DNA of 64,000 nt, from NCBI GenBank assembly GCA_903813345.2, contig CAIIXF020000001.1, positions 13,516,001 through 13,580,000 on the forward strand. The letters run 5' to 3'. Made by a program: the position numbers and the translations under genes. The DNA comes from Owenia fusiformis (taxonomy: Eukaryota). This document shows, piece after piece, positions 60,559 to 64,000 of this stretch; the first letter of the stretch is position 1, and each line of letters opens with the position of its first letter. Under the pieces are notes generated by a model. The model worked only from the letters and a program-made list of their open reading frames with translations. It did not search any database and was not told the origin of the DNA.

Positions 60559-62292
60559 TACAATATTTTACAAAATACACATCTTTTAGTGTACAATCAA
60601 GATCAAAACATTATGTACTGTGACATGACTGAAAATGAAGCCAGTTTGAATTTGGTAATTTTGGCATGTTGGTAAATATCAATGGGAAATGGGATTTTTT
60701 CATACAATGTAATTTATGTTCATTTTCATGTGCATTATCTATGATTCAATGTTTGTACAACTTGTCTAAAATGTCACTATTTAGCTGACTATGGGGGTCA
60801 ACATCAACACTTTCTTATACACTAAATTTACAAGTGATAATTTTGCAAATGTTGCGTAAGTCAGAACAACATATAAAATTATTTAGATAACATAGTCCAA
60901 CCTTGTGGTTTACAAGTAGAAATGTACATACACAAATGAGGTACAATGTTTCATCTTCAGTGAATCATATATTCGTTTTCTTCTTTCAAGAATATTATTT
61001 ACTCTTGAATTATCAATTCTTACATATGGCCACTGCACGTCTTTCATCAATGTACCCCAATCCATGACGTAATGGATATGACAATGGTGAATCAATTTTA
61101 AATGCTATATCCGGTTAAATTGTTGATTACATTGATTAGCAGAATCAAGCTACCTTTTGTAAAACCTGTTTTCTAGTTTTTAGAGAGATATGGGAGTTAA
61201 GTGTTCATGAAAACTGAATTACTTTATGGTTTGGCATACATTGATGTTTGTGTGACCTTTATCTACAACTAAATTGCTCATTTTCTATATTATATTTACA
61301 CCCCCGGAGCCTCAAAAATATTGCATTAATTCAACCTCACATACTCTTAAAAAGTTTCATTCCCACTTTGTTTTTTATCTTCCCATAAACTACAAAATGA
61401 AAATGAAACAATAGGATGTTGCACGACCAGTCAACCACGACAGTGATCTCCCCAGCATTAAAGCAAGTGGGCGCAGGACCAACCTCAGATTTTGAAAATC
61501 CATTTGCACCCCTTGAAAACGAGAAAAATCATGAAAAATTGGCATATTTTGACCAATTTTGGTCTGAATTGTGAAAATGAAAATTTTGCACCCACCTGAG
61601 AAAAAACTGGGGAGATCACTACACGATGAGTCGACCAACAATGAAGTAAACAATACAGCTCACTTCTCTGAATTAATCTCATGTTTGAATACGATGCTGC
61701 AAATGGTACATCTAGTCCCATATTTTATTGCTCATAATAATTTACATCACTAGGTTCACACTACCACTTGCCAGTGCATGGGTTTAAAATATCCTGTACA
61801 CATCCTTGTTTGTGACAGGGTGATCAAAAATAAATTAGAAATTAAATCCAATGTAGCTTTTGGTCACCCTGTATGAGGGCAACAATAAGTAATCCAATGG
61901 TTCACAAACAATAGACATTAATACTTGAAATATTGAGTTTATTTACCGACTTTGTTGTTCAATATGCATAGTAAGTATCTTATATTCCTGATCTCTTGAA
62001 GTTGCGACTAGTTGTGAAACCTTCATATTTCATCACCTTGAATATGTCTCTTCTATTTTTGTCTGCAGATACATATTCCTCACCTTCACATAAATATGCC
62101 TTGTCTTCACATACATCCGTATCTTCAACATACATGTTTCTTGAATATTCCTTTCTATTCCTTATATATTTCTCCAAAAGAGTACTTTACAGTGCACAGA
62201 TGGATTCAAATTATAGAGATGATATTCACTGTGCAACCTGGCACATATTCACCATTTTTAAGGTTGACCTAACCTGATTTAAAGAAGGACAT

Positions 62293-62415
62293 CAATCGAT
62301 AACATCCGAAATTGTACGATTACACCCAGTACAATCGATAACATCCCCAAATTGTACGATTTCATCCAGTACAATCGATAACATCCCAAATTGTACGATT
62401 TCATCCAGTACAATC
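62293..62415. repeat. ~39-bp tandem repeat x3 abutting the KMT2C/D stop codon
   Basis: Unit caatcgataacatcccaaattgtacgatttcatccagta. Confidence 0.9.
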
Positions 62416-62506
62416 AGTTCATCCATTGACGACAGTTTTGTGCGCCACACATACATTTGATTTTGTGTTGATCATCTTCAAAGTCAAATTTATAGTCGTA
62501 TACTAA
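62414..62506 (-). CDS. KMT2C: KMT2C/D distal alternative terminal exon (LVYDYKFDFEDDQHKIKCMCGAQNCRQWMN*)
   Basis: gttttgttttgtag| acceptor; canonical MLL3/4 post-SET C-terminus. Confidence 0.93.
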   Translation of the reverse strand, partial: LVYDYKFDFEDDQHKIKCMCGAQNCRQWMN

Positions 62507-62808
62507 CTACAAAACAAAACAGTACTAAATTAGTCCCTATCATTCCTTACACAATGTCTCTATTCATAATCCTGTGTTTTCAGTATACAGAGCACCAATT
62601 TAGCTATAAGTCTATGGGTGGTCCAGGAGTTTGGAGGGTCTTGAGATGAGCTGTGCAGGGTTTAGTGTTCTACATTACTGTAATAGTATTAAGGACAAGG
62701 TCCCTGCCCAGGGTGTGAGCTTCCAATGTTCTATGAGATTAACCTAAATACGGCTAGATTGGTGCCCTATGATGCGTGTGTGTGTAGGGGCCTAGGGGGG
62801 TCAGCAGG

Positions 62809-62901
62809 TTAATTCATCCATTTGCGGCAATTCGGAGCCTCGCACAAGCAAGCAACCTTTTTCGACGCATCCTCGTAGTCAAATTTGTAATCATAAGAAA
62901 G
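62809..62901 (-). CDS. KMT2C: KMT2C/D proximal alternative terminal exon (LSYDYKFDYEDASKKVACLCEAPNCRKWMN*)
   Basis: ctctgtatcattccag| acceptor; same 93-nt length and phase; intact CxC..C and WMN*. Confidence 0.88.
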   Translation of the reverse strand, partial: LSYDYKFDYEDASKKVACLCEAPNCRKWMN

Positions 62902-63366
62902 CTGGAATGATACAGAGAAGCATAACTAAATGAGACAGGACCAAACCCATGTGATAAAAGCAAGTACGGGTGAAATGACATCACAATTCACATAACAACC
63001 CACATACATGCAACATACACATACATACATATTTAAGTGCCCAAATAGAGTTTTGATAAGCCCACGTGCATGGAATAATACCCTTTTGGAGCACCAGGAA
63101 ATAGGGTACCAAATGAATAAAATGAAGTTCACCAACACAGTGAGATTTAAATAAAAAGCATGTGCAATAGGATATGATTGTGGTTGTAAATTATACTAAT
63201 TAGCAGCTGATGTTTGTTGTTGAATCATGCTGATAAAATACAATAATAAATATGTTAATAGACAAATACTTAATATAATTTTAACATCCATATATTATCA
63301 ATCAAACAATTCAGAGTTTACAATTATGAATTTAATTTAATATGCAATTGCATGATGGGACATTAC

Positions 63367-63549
63367 CTCCTCTCCCCTAGAGATCTTCCTGCATGCAATT
63401 ATGATGATCTTGCTCTCCTTCTCAAAGGGGACCACCTCTGCCACACAGTTGGGGTTGCAGGAGTGGTTGACATAACGGGCGGGCCCACCAGCCATGGTGG
63501 CATCATTCACAGTGTCAGAGTCCATACGGAACATGTACACTCCACGATT
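63367..63549 (-). CDS. KMT2C: KMT2C/D SET-domain exon (NRGVYMFRMDSDTVNDATMAGGPARYVNHSCNPNCVAEVVPFEKESKIIIIACRKISRGEE)
   Basis: GGPARYxNHSCxPNC is typical of the MLL3/4/Trr SET domain. Confidence 0.95.
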
Positions 63550-63817
63550 CTATAACAAATAATCGATATGAGTAAAATATTCTATGATCTTCCAACACTA
63601 AAGGATCTGGACCAAATAGTTCAAAGTTGTCAATTTTTATCGAGTTGAGAATTTTAAGTGATGAAATTTTTCGAAGTCTATTCTCAAGATGTCATAATCA
63701 CCATGGTGACACCACATACTGATGCTGGTTTGTGAACTTTTCTTGTTTAGAAATGTTTTCAGGAAATATTCCCTTAATACAAATTCTATTTCACTTTAAG
63801 GAATGGAGATGACATAC

Positions 63818-63934
63818 CTGCTCTTCATAGAATTTCTCCCTCTTTTCAGCTATCTCATTTCTTATTTGTTCACCAATATATTCAATGACCATGGTGTGTT
63901 TCTCTATATCTCTAGCAGCAAACAGACCAAGTCC
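63818..63934 (-). CDS. KMT2C: KMT2C/D SET-domain exon (GLGLFAARDIEKHTMVIEYIGEQIRNEIAEKREKFYEEQ); gene continues beyond the window
   Basis: GLGLxAARDIEKHTMVIEYIG motif; canonical splice sites. Confidence 0.95.
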
Positions 63935-64000
63935 CTGTGAAACAGACAATTACATGTTTATGTGTGTTACGCAAAAAGTTCAGTTGTTTCAAATACAGAA

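Noticed and set aside
61980-62177. Acidic 65-aa minus-strand ORF downstream of KMT2C/D
   Set aside because: Low-complexity purine-rich 3' UTR-like sequence; no domain or splice evidence.

Overview
AT-rich, intron-rich animal genomic DNA, probably a lophotrochozoan invertebrate such as a mollusc (inferred from the repeat landscape and the peptide gene below). Exons were reconstructed by hand using splice sites, phase continuity and remembered protein motifs. The window holds four genes. (1) The 3' part of a TMEM44-like PQ-loop gene on + (6 exons, 38-10414). (2) A complete CLCN6 (ClC-6) gene on - (22 coding exons, 58551->9505, 883 aa), with one minor-spliceosome (U12)-like intron and one 29.7-kb intron. 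(3) Inside that giant intron, antisense, a two-exon 76-aa secreted prepropeptide missed by the ORF track: signal peptide, then NYF-G-KR, then an acidic helical tail. It has the architecture of the molluscan NdWFamide precursor but would yield NYF-amide. (4) The 3' end of KMT2C/D (MLL3/4, Trr) on -, with two intact, duplicated alternative terminal exons for the post-SET zinc domain. TMEM44 and CLCN6 are interleaved: each last exon lies in the other gene's last intron. A 67-bp x ~43 minisatellite is an amplified copy of a TMEM44 exon/5'-splice-site junction. Introns carry many non-autonomous DNA transposons, several nested and with readable target-site duplications (TSDs). Gene names come from recognition, not database searches.
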